DNA from: Marsupella aquatica | Taxonomy: Eukaryota; Plantae; Marchantiophyta | Direction of reading: 5' to 3' | Assembly: GCA_973895155.1 (NCBI GenBank) | Contig: OZ316892.1 | Span: 5,995,878-6,059,877 of the forward strand | DNA: 64,000 bases | Shown here: positions 1-13,975 of the stretch, piece after piece | Layout of the letters: each line of letters begins with the position of its first letter | How positions within the stretch are numbered: position 1 is the first letter of the stretch | Translations under genes and position numbers: made by a program | Notes under the pieces: model-generated | Database searches by the model: none | The model's input: only the letters and a program-made list of their open reading frames with translations | Told to the model about the DNA's origin: nothing

Positions 1-160
1 GGAAATTGAACTAGAAAGCGTAACTAAAGAACTCGTCCCCTACGTACCTCTTGCTTGTCGATATATATCAAAATGTGCTGGTAGTTCGAGATCATTCAGC
101 CCAGTATTCAGCTCTAAGTTACGGGCCGGTCTCTCGCAGTCTCGCATACCAGGCTAGCTT

Positions 161-1118
161 TGAAAGGAGTCCTTTCCGTAGGATGGGGATCGGAGATCGG
201 ATCATGGAGTCTCTGGCTAGTAGTGCGAGCCCGTTTCCACATTTTGGTGCATCCGGCGCTGTGAGCGATACTACAAAGGGTTAGAACTATTTCACACTAC
301 TCTTCCCTAAGTACCGTTGTTTCGGGGTTTGACACGATTGTGCTGCCTGGAGTTGAATGTTTCAGGTCGAGTTTACAGTTCGCCAGGGATATCAATCGAA
401 GTTGTACGTATATGGTCCATTTGGAAGAGGATCATAGAGGTCTTAATAATGTCTATCTCGCTCTCTACAGGGACTGCCAGGAGAGCTTTCTGTAACATGG
501 GGATGAAATTTCGAATCATGGAGTCTTTGGCAAAAAAGAGCCTGAGTAAGAAAATTATACTTTCTTTAAGCGCTGTGGATGATGCAAAGGGTAAGAAAAC
601 TCGTCTCTTTAAGACATGTTAATTTGACATGTGCTGGCAGACTTCCTATCGATCATCTATTCAGCTATAGTGCCGGAGGGATATAGAAGTTGCAGGGGTT
701 CTTCTCTGGATAGATATTTTAATCTCGCTCGTTTTTACATACAACAGGGTCTGAATGGAGAGCTTTCTGCAAGATGGTGATCCAGTGTGATCGAGTCATG
801 GAGTCTCATGCTACTGATAATAGCCTAAGTGGTAGAAAATGCTTCCGTTTCCAAATTTTGGGGCATGCCTTATGAGCGGTACAAAGAGTAAGAACTCTTT
901 CGAGCCTAACTATTCGTTTCGGCAACTTGAAATGCGCTGGTAGGACTTCGATCTGTGGAATGTAGTGCTCTAATTTAGATTGTCCGAGAAACAAAGTTGT
1001 CGGTTTCAATTAGCTCTGGAGAAGCATAGATGCTTAAATATTTCTTTCCCACTCTAAACAGGGTCTGAAAGGAGAGCTTTCTGTACGATGGGGACCGAAA
1101 ATCAAATCTTTGAGCCTC
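161..1118 (+). repeat. Degenerate ~300-bp tandem repeat (4 copies); the last copy contains the dioxygenase start codon
   Basis: Core GGAGAGCTTTCTG..ATGGGGA..ATCATGGAGTCT recurs at ~165, ~480, ~757 and ~1071. Confidence 0.75.
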
Positions 1119-3326
1119 TGCAGGATCTGGAGTTCAGCACCCCTTCCATTTTTTACGGCAGGGATCCTACGTTCGTCCTAGAGCCACAGTTTCGACCAAC
1201 AACGAAACACAATGATTTCGTAGAGCCTCTGGGCGACCAAATTCCTAGTATTGACCTTTCCCCTATCCATCAAAAGGATGCCGAAGGTTTGAAGAAGCTT
1301 GTTAAAGAAGTAGAGAAAGCAGCTCAGGAGTGGGGTTTCTTTGAAGTCGTAAATCATGGAGTACCTCTGAGTCTGATTGACACATTGGAGAAGGAGGCTC
1401 TGGCCTTTTTCTCATTGCCACTTGATGGAAAGAGCAAAATTCTCCGAACTTCTGAACGACCTTTCGGGTACTTTTATCAGGAGCTGACGAAGAATCGCAG
1501 AGACTGGAAGGAGGTGTTTGATTTTCTCGTCAAAGAGGGTGTCTCCTTTTCAAGCGCGGATGGTTCTCTTGACGTGCACAGGATAACCAGCCAGTGGCCA
1601 GAAGAACCAATAGGCCTACGGTATTGAGTCTGATCGATTTCTCGTAATTTTGCTCTGATCTTCGTTCTGCTCTTGTGTTGGACAGGAATTTTAAATTATA
1701 AATGCCTGGCTTGCATTTTGACGACAAAGTTCATTTTGCTGACCTTGAGAAGTTTAATATAGTTGCAGCTAACTGTTAATCCCTAGTTTAAAACTCACAT
1801 GAGATTGTTCTCAGTGTGACCTATATATTTATATAGCTAATGGCAATATAGCAAAAGTTGGGGTCTAGGTTTGTAGAGTGAAGCATGATTCTAGAATTAC
1901 ACCAAAATTTATGTGGATGAAAATAATGACATATTATGTATATCCAATTGAGTATCATGATTAATTATTTTTTTCGTCATTTCTTACTATTAATTCAATC
2001 TATTAACCTGGGCATTCAGGCTCGTATAAAACTCTCAATGGTGGTATAAAGTACTCTCAATGGTCAGGGAGCTTAATATGGTTGCGTCTTTGCGTTGGGC
2101 TGCGATGACTCAGACAGTACGTGAGTATTGGTTTCCTTGCTAACTAAGGCGTAACTTTGCTGAGCAAAAAGAAACCTCTTGAAGGCTAATTGTGTCTCAA
2201 GCGAGTACGTTGCTCGTCATTCTTGTTCAGAGATGCCTGCCAGCAATACGCACGAGCAACAGAGAAATTGGGTTTCGAGCTGTTGGGCCTTCTCTCTCAG
2301 AGCCTTGGTTTGGGACCAGAGTATTTTCACAAGCACTTCAGCAACCAAACCTCTTCTATCCGTGTAAACCACTACCCACCTTGTCCAATCCCGGACCTTG
2401 TCCTCGGGGTTGGCGGGCATAGGGATCCGACTGCTCTCACGATCCTAGCGCAGGACAAGGTGGGAGGTCTTCAAGTGAGACGCAAGGATGGAGAATGGAT
2501 TGGGGTGAAGCCCAGGGGCAATGCATTCGTCATCAACCTAGGTGACCAGTTTCAGGTATTACGCTTGCTGTTTATTATTTGGCTGTGTGTTCAGCAAACC
2601 ACTTAGACTGAAAGATCTCCAGGACTTTTATCTATGTGAACGTCAGAGAAACATTAGAGTTGCATGGTCAATGAGAATACCTTTCCAAAAAAGCACTTTC
2701 AGTCCACAGTTCTCAGAGTGCATGGTATGCCGGTATACTTTAGAGAGAAGGTGTACATCTTTAATGGGCGTCCTTGCAACTTTCCACTGACCGACCAGTG
2801 TAACAATTTTCTAGTGCGAAATGCTTACTTTAATGCAAATCGTAAACAACATTCAATTGGGAATCCAGAGTGCTAGCTAGCTTTTCCCTGGACGTTGCAA
2901 TAAGAGTCCAGGGTTTTAGATTCTGCAATTCTGGCGGTATATATGGACGATCTCGTTTTTCATCTCGAACATCTTACACTATATAAAGAGACTTCATTTG
3001 TGCATGTTATTACATCATCTCAACTTTCAGAGAGCTTCTACCACCCTGCATACGTTGTCCTCTCGATCTTGCAGGTCTGGACCAACAAGAAGTACCGCAG
3101 TATTGAGCACCGAGTGGTGGTGAACCAGAACTACGCAAGGCTCTCGTGTGCGGTTTTCATGGGTCCTGGAATAACAACAGACGTTTATCCTCTACCAGAA
3201 TTGCTGCAAGGCCAGCCGCCCAAGTACAGTCGCTACAATTACGGACACTTCATCAGCAGGAGGGTGGCAGGGAACATCCAGCAACTTGCAAGGACGGTTC
3301 AGATAGATGACTATGAAATCAATTAA
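1088..3326 (+). CDS. 2-oxoglutarate/Fe(II)-dependent dioxygenase (plant DOXC class), 3 exons: 1088-1620, 2231-2555, 3075-3326; 369 aa
   Basis: IPSIDLS and WGFFEVVNHGVP (DIOX_N), DWKEVFDF, NHYPPCP, Fe ligands H-R-D...H and RLS 2OG-binding motif; GT-AG junctions join in frame (533+325+252=1110 nt). Confidence 0.95.
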
Positions 3327-3559
3327 ATGCCTTCTGTACTTAACTTGACAATTGGTTGCCAAACAAGGAATAAAAGTCTAAGTCGATATGAAAGGAGGAT
3401 CTACCCAAGTCTCAAGATGAATGCAGGGCCGGTCTGATAATCTACATTCGACCCAGATCTCTTGCAATGGCATGACTTCTCTTCCCCCCTACTCTAACAG
3501 TTCTCATTTTCTCTCGTTTTGTTTTTTTGGGGCCCAGAGAGGCATGACTTTGTGATACC

Positions 3560-3660
3560 CCACTTGAGTAGAGACTGAGTAGGTCTTGGGTCTTGGGTTT
3601 AATTATTGTATTTTGAATGTGATACTCCACTTGAGTAGAGACTGAGTAGGTCTTGGGTTT
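3560..3660 (+). repeat. Short direct repeat (~31 bp, 2 copies)
   Basis: CCACTTGAGTAGAGACTGAGTAGGTCTTGGG at ~3560 and ~3627. Confidence 0.8.
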
Positions 3661-4822
3661 AACTATTGTGTTTGAATTTTCCTTTTCTGTGGGGTTTCAT
3701 CTATTTCCCTTCAATAATCTTTTTATTTTCAAAAAGGGAAACTGTCCCACCATTTATTCCAAACCAGCGGGAAAAAACCATGACGCCAATTATTAGATGG
3801 GTAATAGGAAGAGCCTTAAAATGTGTCATCCAGGTCAGAGTGGCCGCAAAGCCTACTCCTGCAGGTTGTCCCCTTGTGAGCAGGACTCCCCCCCCCCCAT
3901 TTGCACACCTAGTCATATAAAAGGCCCCCTGGCCTGCCAGGCTACTGTTCATTCCTGCATGCCAGAAGTGAATAGTGGAGCCTAGTACCTTAAAACGTGG
4001 AGCTCACCTTTAAAAGTTTTCCTTAGCTAGATATGCACATCTAAGAGCTACCTCTTAAAAATCCGATAAAGACATCATCAAGGCAACTTGCATTTGTCTT
4101 GTTTTGAAAGATATGACCCTAAAGAGGAGTCTGGCTTCTTGGGGACTTCTTTTGACTGGCTCATTTTTTTGGTTTATGGGACCTTTACTGATGCTCCCAT
4201 GGTCCCCTTGACCCATTCCGCTTCTGTGGACCGTGATATCTTTCACACCCTCACTCCAGGGAATTGGCTCTTCTTGGGCTCAGCAAATTGAAGCAATTTA
4301 GAAAGCTGTTTCCAGCAAGTTCATATTTCTAGTTTTCACAAAGAAATGCACAACTAGATTTTGTTGCGTCGGATGCTAACAATACCTCCTCATAATCGTC
4401 GTTAATATAATTTACGACTTCCATGACTACGTTTATAACTACGTCCGATGTAACTAAGATGTCAGAGAAATCTTAGTGCCCATTGCCCCCATTTTAACAT
4501 CGCTGGAAACATGTTTAAAATTAACGTCTCTGGATGAGCTGTCCTAAACGTCGTTCTGGTCGTCGTTCAATATTAACGTCGTAGTCGAGGACGTAATGTG
4601 TTTAGGGTATCACGACGTCAATGTTTACGTCATAAAGGGAGCCGTTAAAGTGGTAACGTAGCTCTGTACAACGTTCCAAATGAATCAAGCCATGTTAGAC
4701 GTTGAGTACATTGGTGTGGCTGACTTGAATGAGGAGTAGTCCATGCTGACTCGAGTATAGCTTGGGTTTTCTACGGGAGGATTTTGGTTTAAGAGTGCTG
4801 AGACCAAAGTAGGCTTGCGTTT

Positions 4823-5445
4823 GTGATTTTTGGAGAATGCACTCTTCCTGAGTACAGAGAAATTGCAATGTGGGATCAGTGTTCAGTCATGGTGCGCAAG
4901 TTCTTCAAGGATGTGCATTGTTGCTTCCTTCCACTTGGTGAAGAGGACAAGACTATACATGGGTTCTTTTGTCGGGGAGGTGTTATTGAGAAGTTGTGTA
5001 CGAAACAGACTACTTGCTGGCCTATACGTGGAAAAACGTTGTTGAGCACTTCAGTGACTACCATGGATTGATCGAGCACTTTGCAGAGACAGTTCATTTC
5101 ATTTCTATCCGTTGGGTAGAGTGCTCAATTCTGGCCAACAAACAGTTGGATCCAGGAGACTTCCTGCTGCATCCAGGTGATGATCAGATGTTGGATGAGG
5201 CGCCCAACCCAGATGATGGGGAGGCATATCCACCTACATTGCCCAAATGTGAGCTGTCTCCGACTGAGCTTCACATTGTCTTGTATGATTACAAGGAAAG
5301 TTGTGCAGCTGAGGTTGAGGCTGAAAGGCTAAAGACTGGGGAAGAGGTCGTCCGGAAGAAATGGAACCAGAGGCAGAGGCGTGATTCTTACAAAAGAAGG
5401 AAGGCAGATGAGGAGTACTACTGGTCTGGTGAAGGAACTCCTTAA
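4823..5445 (+). pseudogene. Frameshifted ORF of unknown function inside the CACTA element, convergent with the transposase
   Basis: Overlapping ORFs 4823-5071 and 4996-5445 have protein-like composition and lie between two ACGT-rich noncoding blocks; no domain recognised. Confidence 0.45.
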
Positions 5446-5971
5446 GTAGCAACAATCTGGATGTCAGTGGATGAGGCAGTTTAGTGATTCGGCTAGGTTA
5501 TAGTCGCTTTGTGGTGGACATGCAATACAGTGCTTTGTAGGACCTTTGTATCTCTATATCATACTGAATCTGAATAAAGACTCCCTCATGTTTTTCATTT
5601 TGAATGCATGTGCCAATTAATGTCACCACTGTCATTAACGTCGCACGGATATATTTATATAGTAACATTGCAATACATGACGTCTTTGGTTTAATACGTA
5701 CCCTAAAACAACGTAAGTTAGTGTAACGTCGTTGTATGTGGAGAATCAACGTCGTGTGGAATAAAGTAAACTGGGTCGTGGGTAAATTAATGTCGTTTAG
5801 GGCTCAATAAAATGACGTTAATTGGAATTAACGTCTGCCTAGTACGACGTAGTTTGTAGATACATTGGTCTACCAGACGTAGTAGTCATACAACGACGTT
5901 ACCCACAAATGCTACAAACCCACATGAAGGTGGCCATAACGAATATATACATGCACTGAATACATTTATGG

Positions 5972-8900
5972 TCATGGATCCATATCATCTACAATTACTG
6001 ATACCATCAAACCCTTCCTCCATCGTGGGAAGATGGGAATGACGATGAACCATCCTCTCATAGTGTGCATCGGAACCATAATACACTGATCCACCTGGCT
6101 AGGAAATACTATAGTGTCACTAACCTCAGTCCCGGATGGTGCTACACGAGTCGTGTCTACCCGATAGAACCCACACTCATCTTTCACCATGGTGGCTCTA
6201 TGTGGAGGTGACATGATGGATTTGTGCCACCGCACCTCTAACACAGTAGTATTAAATGACCCAAAGTGAACGTCTAAAATATCCAATACAGTGCCACAAT
6301 AGGGAATCTCAACATCACCTGGGTCTGTCAACATGAACACTCCTGAGTTACATGTACTCTTCTTCATGTGATCTGTCCTCCAAGTGCGAAAGTGGTGCCT
6401 TGACTCATACATGTGTGTATGGGTCGTTGCCCACAACCCTGGTCCCCTAATGATGTTCTGTACATCAATGGGAATGGATAAGGGTCCATGCTCTGCAAGG
6501 AGCCTATCCATGCGCTCCAATGCCCATACGCAAAATAATGCACACCGTCGTGGAACTATCGGTTGCTGCTCCAAGAATGCACTGCAAAAAATGTATGAAT
6601 CCATGAGAATATTGCACAATCCAAAGAAGTGCTACTTGAACCCACTCTAACTTCTACACACATAGAATGTAGAACAACATCTACTGTTAGATTAACATAT
6701 ATAGAGAGTTGCATATATGTACCTATGCAACTCCCTCCACTGAGACATCTCTGGGCGATTTCCCAACACATAATTGTGGATATGTAGGCGAAGTATGTCG
6801 TCATGTAGTGAACGCTTTTTTGATGCACCAATCAAACGCAACCCACCATTGTCATCATCTTGTGCCTCTTCCCAAGCTGTGGGAAATTCTATGTCCAAAC
6901 TCCCTATCATCCCTCCGGAATAAAAGAGGCACTCCGACATGATATACCCCGTTGCCATACTTCCCTCTGGTCGAGCTGGTTGACGCACCATGGACTTGAG
7001 CACTTTCATGAAGCGCTCTACCCAATACATCCAACGTGCATGGATAGGACCAGCAATCGCGACCTCATCCACCAAGTGACATAGTAAATGCAATTGCATG
7101 TCAAATATGCATGGGGGAAACACCTTCTCCACATTGCACATCACGCGAGCTGACCTCTCCCTCATCAAAGGAATCTCAGACTCCTTTATCTCCTTAGTGC
7201 ATACCCACCTATGTTCCTCCTCAAAACCATCAAAGATTTTGTATATCAGATCCAAATAGGGCCATAGAAAAATGAGTTTGAAATACTTGTTGAATTACAG
7301 GGCTCCTCCAGCGGTAACAAGAACTTGCAAGAGAGCAATGGGAGAGATTTTGGTTATCATACCTGAAAATGGAGCACATCTCATATATAGTCAGACGGAG
7401 TAAACGACGCTCCCGAGAATCATCACAACAACACAAGATTGCTGGTAGCACATGTTGTATCAACTTGTGATAATCATGAGACTTCAACCCTATTGGGGGT
7501 ATGTGATCATTCCTTGTAGTGCACCCACAAAAACCAGCTCCGTAATGGCTAGGGAACTTCATCTCGCTTATCATCCCATTCATGTCCCTCAAAACCTCTC
7601 TTGGCAAAATCCAAGGACCAGGAGGTTTCTCCCCAGTACATGTTATCCAACAACTCTTCACTACTCCAACCCTCTCAGCATCCTCTCGGACTCCACGAGT
7701 GTCATTCGTCCCATAAATGTGCTTCACCAAGTTCTTAGCAACATTCACTTCAATGTGCATGGGGTCCAACAACCATCGAACCTGGAGTCTCTGGAAATTG
7801 AAATAACATATTGAATCAGTTGCAATCTCTAAATTAAGCATTTTATTGGTCTAATTTGCTGTAAAGGAACCATGCACTTCTATCACTTACCCTCCAATAA
7901 GGCGAGTCCCACATAGCTAAGCGTCGGTTTACTCCACAATCCTTGGGTTTCAGTAACTTTGCTTCCACCTTCTCTGCCATTTGAATTTGTCCTTCAGCTG
8001 AAGGGCCATTAGGACATGGCCGCACTTCAGTCTCTGCCCAATGTGTTGTGTTTTGTCGCAAGTGGTCATCCATTGCCAAACGGACCCTACTGCTCTCATA
8101 TGTGGTTTTGTGCAGTAGTCTTGAGTACCTCCCACGCAACTCTGGGCCACATGAAGGGCAAGCTGAAAAACCTGCCACCTTCAGGCCAGATATTGTCCCC
8201 GTACCTGCCATTTCATTGAACCATGTTCAGACCACAAATAACCCCAACACTTGCATTGTACATGACATTGTGCAAACAATAGCCATTGGGTTGCCCAATG
8301 AATTACCTGGACCATCTGTGGTGCAATGAGTGATCATCACCCTCATATTGAAGGTCCTGCCATTGCCTGCTTCACGAGTGACATCTGTTGTCACTGCTCC
8401 AACCTCCCACAGATTATGTAGCTCTTCATAAGCTGGAGCCAAACAGATATCAGGATTCTTACGGGCCTTGGGTCCAGGAATTATAGCTAATAGAAGCACA
8501 TGACCCTTCTTCATTGCCAACCATGGAGGGATGTTCTGATTTATCAAAAGAACAGGCCAGATGGACTTAGGCTTCCGTCGTTGTTTATATGGGTTCACTC
8601 CATCGATTGCCAACCCCAAACAAACATTTCTTGGCTCCTGGGAAAATTTGGCCAAGTGGCATCAATGTGCTTCCACGCTGGACTATCTTGGTGGTATTGC
8701 ATTATCCCTGGTGGGGATTTGTTCTCCACATGCCAAGTCTGTAGTGTGGATAAGTGCTTTTGTCAGTAGAGATGCTGAAGTCGGGGAGTGATTGGGAAAT
8801 AACAAAAAACCTGCCAGATCCAATGTAACGTCGTCAATTCGACGACAATCACACTAAACGTCCTTCCACACTACGTATTATTAAAACTAACATCATGGAG

Positions 8901-11642
8901 GGCAACGTTTCTTACATATGATGTACCATGCAACGTTCGTTACTGCATCTCATACGACATAAAAACAAAAAAAATGTCAAGTGGAAAGACGTAAATTGAG
9001 ATGGACGACATAAATTAATCAATTACAACGTCATGTACGATGTTGTTTGAAAGAATGCAACGTTAAAAGTCGGACTTTCTTGTTCTCACATTGCGTTGAG
9101 GAAAACATTACCTTTTCTGCAATCTTGTCTCCAATGGTGTCTGGTCGATACCGTGGAAGCCTACAGTGCTCCTCTGGGCAGTGAGTGTGATCCTTGTACA
9201 CCCCTCTATACAAGATGCACCCACCTGGGCACATGTGGATAGTCTCTAAAGCCAATCCAATTGAGGCTAACAACTTTTTAGCCTCCCTCACACATCCAGG
9301 GAGAGTGTTTGGTTGGGGCAAGAGTTTGTCGTGGAACAATTGGAAGAGTGCATCTGTATGGACATCCGAACCATTGAAAACTCCTTGCAAATTCAACATC
9401 AACAAAGTTGCACCCAACCTGGATTTGCAAAACACAAACACCAGACTTTTTGCAGTTAGTCCAAGTAGCTAGATGGCATGCTTGGCACTACAACTTAGAC
9501 TGCCCAATATTCACTGGATGAAATTCCAGAGTTGTGATAATTTTAGGACAACCTTACCGTGAGGATGGAGATCCCTCAAATAGTGGTGTTCTGGCTTCAG
9601 TCTCCAACTAATCCCAATCTTCTTGATCCACTTCCATGATAGGGTGCTCGGCGTCAGGTGCATGAGGTCCAAAGTGAATGTCAACAAGGTGGGCAAAGGC
9701 ATCTTCTTCAAGCATAGGGTCATCTCCCTCATCTCCCTCATCGTCAACATCATCATCCAACTCTCCATCATATGCATCATGGTACTCCTCATCCTCATCG
9801 TCCATCTCATCATGGTCAAGGGGCCAGCGACCCTCAGCATCCTCCTCGTCTGAGAAATGTAAGGTGGCATGTACGTGAAAGGCACAGGCTGATGTAGTCA
9901 TCATTGATGGGTCAGGTGTGGGAGTAATATGTACACCATCCTAGAGTTTTCAATATGCAATAACAGATCACAATTAGAGAAAGGGTTTCCGTGATAAAGC
10001 TTACAATGAAACATCAATAATGAAAAATGCAAGGGTCACCCCATAATGGATATGTCATGTACACATGTAAACATCAATGCCAATCATAATCTACAAGAAT
10101 CTCTTCCCCTGCTCTAATGGTGCGGGTAGCATGTGTCAAGATGTAATGCGTGCATGCTATAGGCAAACAAGGGCGACTCTGGTCATGGTTCCAACTCGTG
10201 CCACTCAGCGTTTGGCCTAAACCCTAAACGCCGAGAACCAATAGTGTTGTTGATGTAACTCACCAAGTTCCCCGTGCGAGGTGGGTAACCATCAATATGA
10301 GCATACCTAGGGTCCAACTTTAGTGACATGCCATATCGACTAAAGGTTGGGCACTGTCGGGACAAAATGCGCCATCTCGCGGCCGAATACTTGGGCCCAT
10401 AGAATGGAAACAACTGAGGAAAATCATCGGGTGCACAACCGGTAGGGACCACGATATCCACAAGAGAAAATACTCCAAGTCCTACATGAGTCCCCAATGT
10501 GGAGGGGAGGATGACCCATGGGCGGTCCCAAAGTATAATAGGCTCCCGAAGCGGGAGGTCCATAGGGAGTCCAAACTGGGCTGGGAAGGAGTCCTTTAAG
10601 ATGTCCAAGGCTCTCCCTCGCAACTATCTCGGTGCCCGGGACACCGATGCATCAAGAAAAGGGCATCGGGGCGGAACAATCCTAGGTGGACGGGACTCAA
10701 TCGATCGGGGTCTAGTGGTCACCACTACTCCCCTCTCAATAGGGTGCATCCTAAACACTCTCCTCCTCCTATGAAATACACGGTCTATCTCCCTCAATGT
10801 GGCTGGCAAATCGGATGGATGGATGAGTGGTGCGAGTGCACGATATGCAATGTCTCTCAAGCGGTCCACAGGCAAAGATCGCACTACAATAGGAATCGGT
10901 TCCACATGTTCACCAAAACAAGTTCAGAATATGACAATCAAAAAATAATTCAAGGAAGGAGATGTTATCATAATTGCAATACCCAACAAAATTGTATTAC
11001 CTCTCGGGTCGGGGGGGTGTAACAACCATGGATCCCTAAATGGCTAAGGACAGTGGTCCTCTTGTGTAAGACAACACCCTTGCATCGTCTGCAAGGGCAA
11101 GGCATCTTGCAAACTTGCCCAATCCCCTGAAGAGCAGCCATGGCCTCTCCAAATCCATCAGCACGATGGGGGCTCCGGCCTCTACTGCCCTCGGAACGAT
11201 GTCTACGTCGATGACGCCTGGATCGGTGACGCCTAGATCGATCATACATGTCTGGTGAGTAATCTCTCTCTCGGTCCGACAGGTTGTCTCTCCCCCTATG
11301 ATGATGGTCATCTCTGCGTCGGGTGTAAGTACCCCCACCATGGTCCTCATAGGATGAGTCATCCCTCCTCCTCCCTCCCTCGTCATCCCTCCTCTGCCGC
11401 TCGTCATTGCTCCTATAGCCCGATGAAGCTGAACTCCCCCTATGCCGATGATGGTGTCTATGTCGGTGAGAACTACAGCCATGCTCATCGTCATCATCAC
11501 ACGAGTCATCCCTTCGCCTATCCGACTCATCATACGTCCCCCTATGATGATGATGGTATCTGTGCCGACGATGCCTGCCCCCATCATGGTCCGATGCATA
11601 GGTTGCCATGTCCTTTGTGATCAAATTTACAAAGGCCCCCAC
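5972..11642 (-). pseudogene. Multi-exon CACTA transposase (TnpD/Tnp2-like), disrupted by stops and frameshifts
   Basis: CPCRRCK..VLSHL (transposase-associated domain); CPGGCILY; YFPITPRLQHLY; EPRNVCLGLAIDGVNPY (Transposase_21); LDPMHIEVNV; GLKSHDYH; WMYWVERFMKVLK..PEGSM (DUF4218); FPSQVDQC (DUF4216). Introns 9941-11000, 9419-9557 and 8811-9111 splice in frame. Confidence 0.93.
10074..10905 (-). pseudogene. SET-domain lysine methyltransferase, decayed, nested in transposase intron 1
   Basis: GLGVFSLVDI, FYGPKY, IDG..TGNLVSYINN..PN, and after a frameshift ATRTIRAGEEILVDYDWH* (ends 10074); in-frame stops at 10624-10626 and 10183-10185. Confidence 0.85.
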
Positions 11643-12037
11643 AACATATTAAACCCCAAGCATAAACGTGTCCCGCTACGTTAACCAAACTAACGTCCAT
11701 CCAAACGACGTTCTTCTCAAATTAACGTTGTTGTTTAGGTTGCGGGGAACAAGCCAAATTTAGTTTACGTAGTTACGTACGACGTACAACGTACTTAATA
11801 AGTTAACATCGTTTGGTATGCTATAATTATGTGTAACATCGTGACTAAACCCTACACCCCTGGTTAACGTTGTGATTAGCGACGTTAAATTAGGGTAACG
11901 GCGGGTCTCCAAGGTTTGTGGGCTGCGGCTGTTTTCCTTTAACAAAACATCGGGAAGTGACTCGAATGTGACTCACATTCAACATTCAACACTTCCCCTC
12001 GCCCCCTCTTGACCTCCTATCTTAACAGTGAGTGACT

Positions 12038-13942
12038 ATGGCTCATCCAAGCTATCTCCCTTCCAGTGGAGATTTTGATGCAGACTTGGTGGCTATGGAT
12101 GATCCAGGGGAGTTAGAAAAGGTGCGTAAAGCTATGCAATCGACACATTTGCTGATACATGCTTTCAACCAGAGTTGGAAGTTCTTGGGAGGAAAAGGAA
12201 GCAAGGAGTCTCAGTTTCTGGAGTACCTGGAAAATATAGAAGCCAATGCTCCTGCCCTCGATGATTATGTGGAAACTAAGAATGCAAGGCTCTTGGGGGA
12301 GGGTGGGGGGCCTTCGATTGATGCTCTCAACTCCTTCCCGTCCCTACTAGATGATGGGTGGGACGATCCTGCCTTCAATGGAATGCAGCCTCATTCTCAG
12401 GCACCTAGTGGGACCCCAATCAAGAGCGTGGTCAGGGTAGCACATGACAAATTCCAACCTGATCAGGATCGGGACTCTCGCAGCCCGGGTCTCGCAGGCG
12501 GAGGAGGCATCGTGATAGAACACACAACAACAATAGCAGCCTTGATGAGAGAAGACGGAAGGGGAAAGGGAAGGAGTATAGAGATGCAGATCCACACAGA
12601 GGGAGATGCAAGGGCAGATAGAAGAGAGAGGTACTCACCTCAGCGTGAACGTCACTCCCACAAAAAGCGACAACCTTCTCCTGTGCGACCTGTAACTATT
12701 GCTGTGAGTCGAGACAAACTCCCAACCATCACCTTGGATGCGTTTGATGCTAGGCCGGATGTTCTGGATGAGAAGGCCCTCACAAATCGAGTGCAGACGT
12801 GTTGTGCCAAGCATTGTCCTGGTTGGACAACTTGGAAGGATCTCGCCCAGAACCCAAAGAAGTTTCAGCTCCTCCTAAACAATGTACAAGCTGGGTTTAG
12901 GAACGGCCGTGAAATAGACTATAGGCACATCAGACAGAAGATCGTAGGCTACCTTGCAGATCGGAGGTTTAGATGGAGAAACAAGGTTAAAAAAATGAGA
13001 TGCCCAAGGACAGAGCAATACCTGAAACTAGATGGAATGAGCGACGCCGACTTCAAGTTGATCGTGGCTGAGTTGGAAGCAGCACCTGACACCCCAATAG
13101 GCAAGCGAGTGCACATGGGGGACAAAGCTGCTGCAGCCCGCAAATCAAATGGCCGCCTGCGTGTGACCAATTTTTGGGGCCAGGGAGGATGGCGAGGCTT
13201 CCTTGCAACCTATGTAAGTCCCCCACCCTCTTCAAAGCACAGCTTGTTCATGCTTCGGCCGCTGCGGTGAGAACATTGAATTAACGTCATTTTTCTCCTC
13301 TAACATTGCAAGTTCTCAATTTTATGTCTACCCCCTATGTTCACCCTACCTAACGTCGTCTCTCACGATGTTACATTTAATTAACGTCCTTTGTGCATTG
13401 TTAATATGGCGGTTCCACTATAAACAACATCTTGGACGACGTTAATTAGGAAACGTCGTTATGTACAATCATTGTAATTAACGACGGTGGTAACGACATT
13501 CTACAATTTCCTGTAGAAATGCAAGTTTGGAGCCAACGCCAAGCCAAGTGAGCAGGAGCGGCTCTATTCAAAACACTATGGCCCGGAGGCCCTATGGGCT
13601 AAGCTGGACTCTGTCCCGGAGGACCACCCAGTGGTAAGTTACATAGTCAGGTTAGGTTCCTTCTATACTAAGTTTTGCATCCACTATTTGCAGGGAGGTA
13701 AACTGATCCCTTATGTCATGTGCAGGAGGATTGGAGTCCTCCAGAGGGGTTAGTGGCACGGCCCATTGCGAAAGATGAGGAGGCAGATCATGGAGGGGAG
13801 GAGCCTGATACGCAGGAGGAGGCCTTAGTAGACTGTGGGCAGGAGGGCAGTTTAGGTACACACGGCCGGTCATCTTCTGACCTCTCCCCTCCAATGGAGA
13901 CTGATAGGGGTCATACCAACCATAGACGACGGAGAGAGAGAA

Positions 13943-13975
<33 letters not shown>

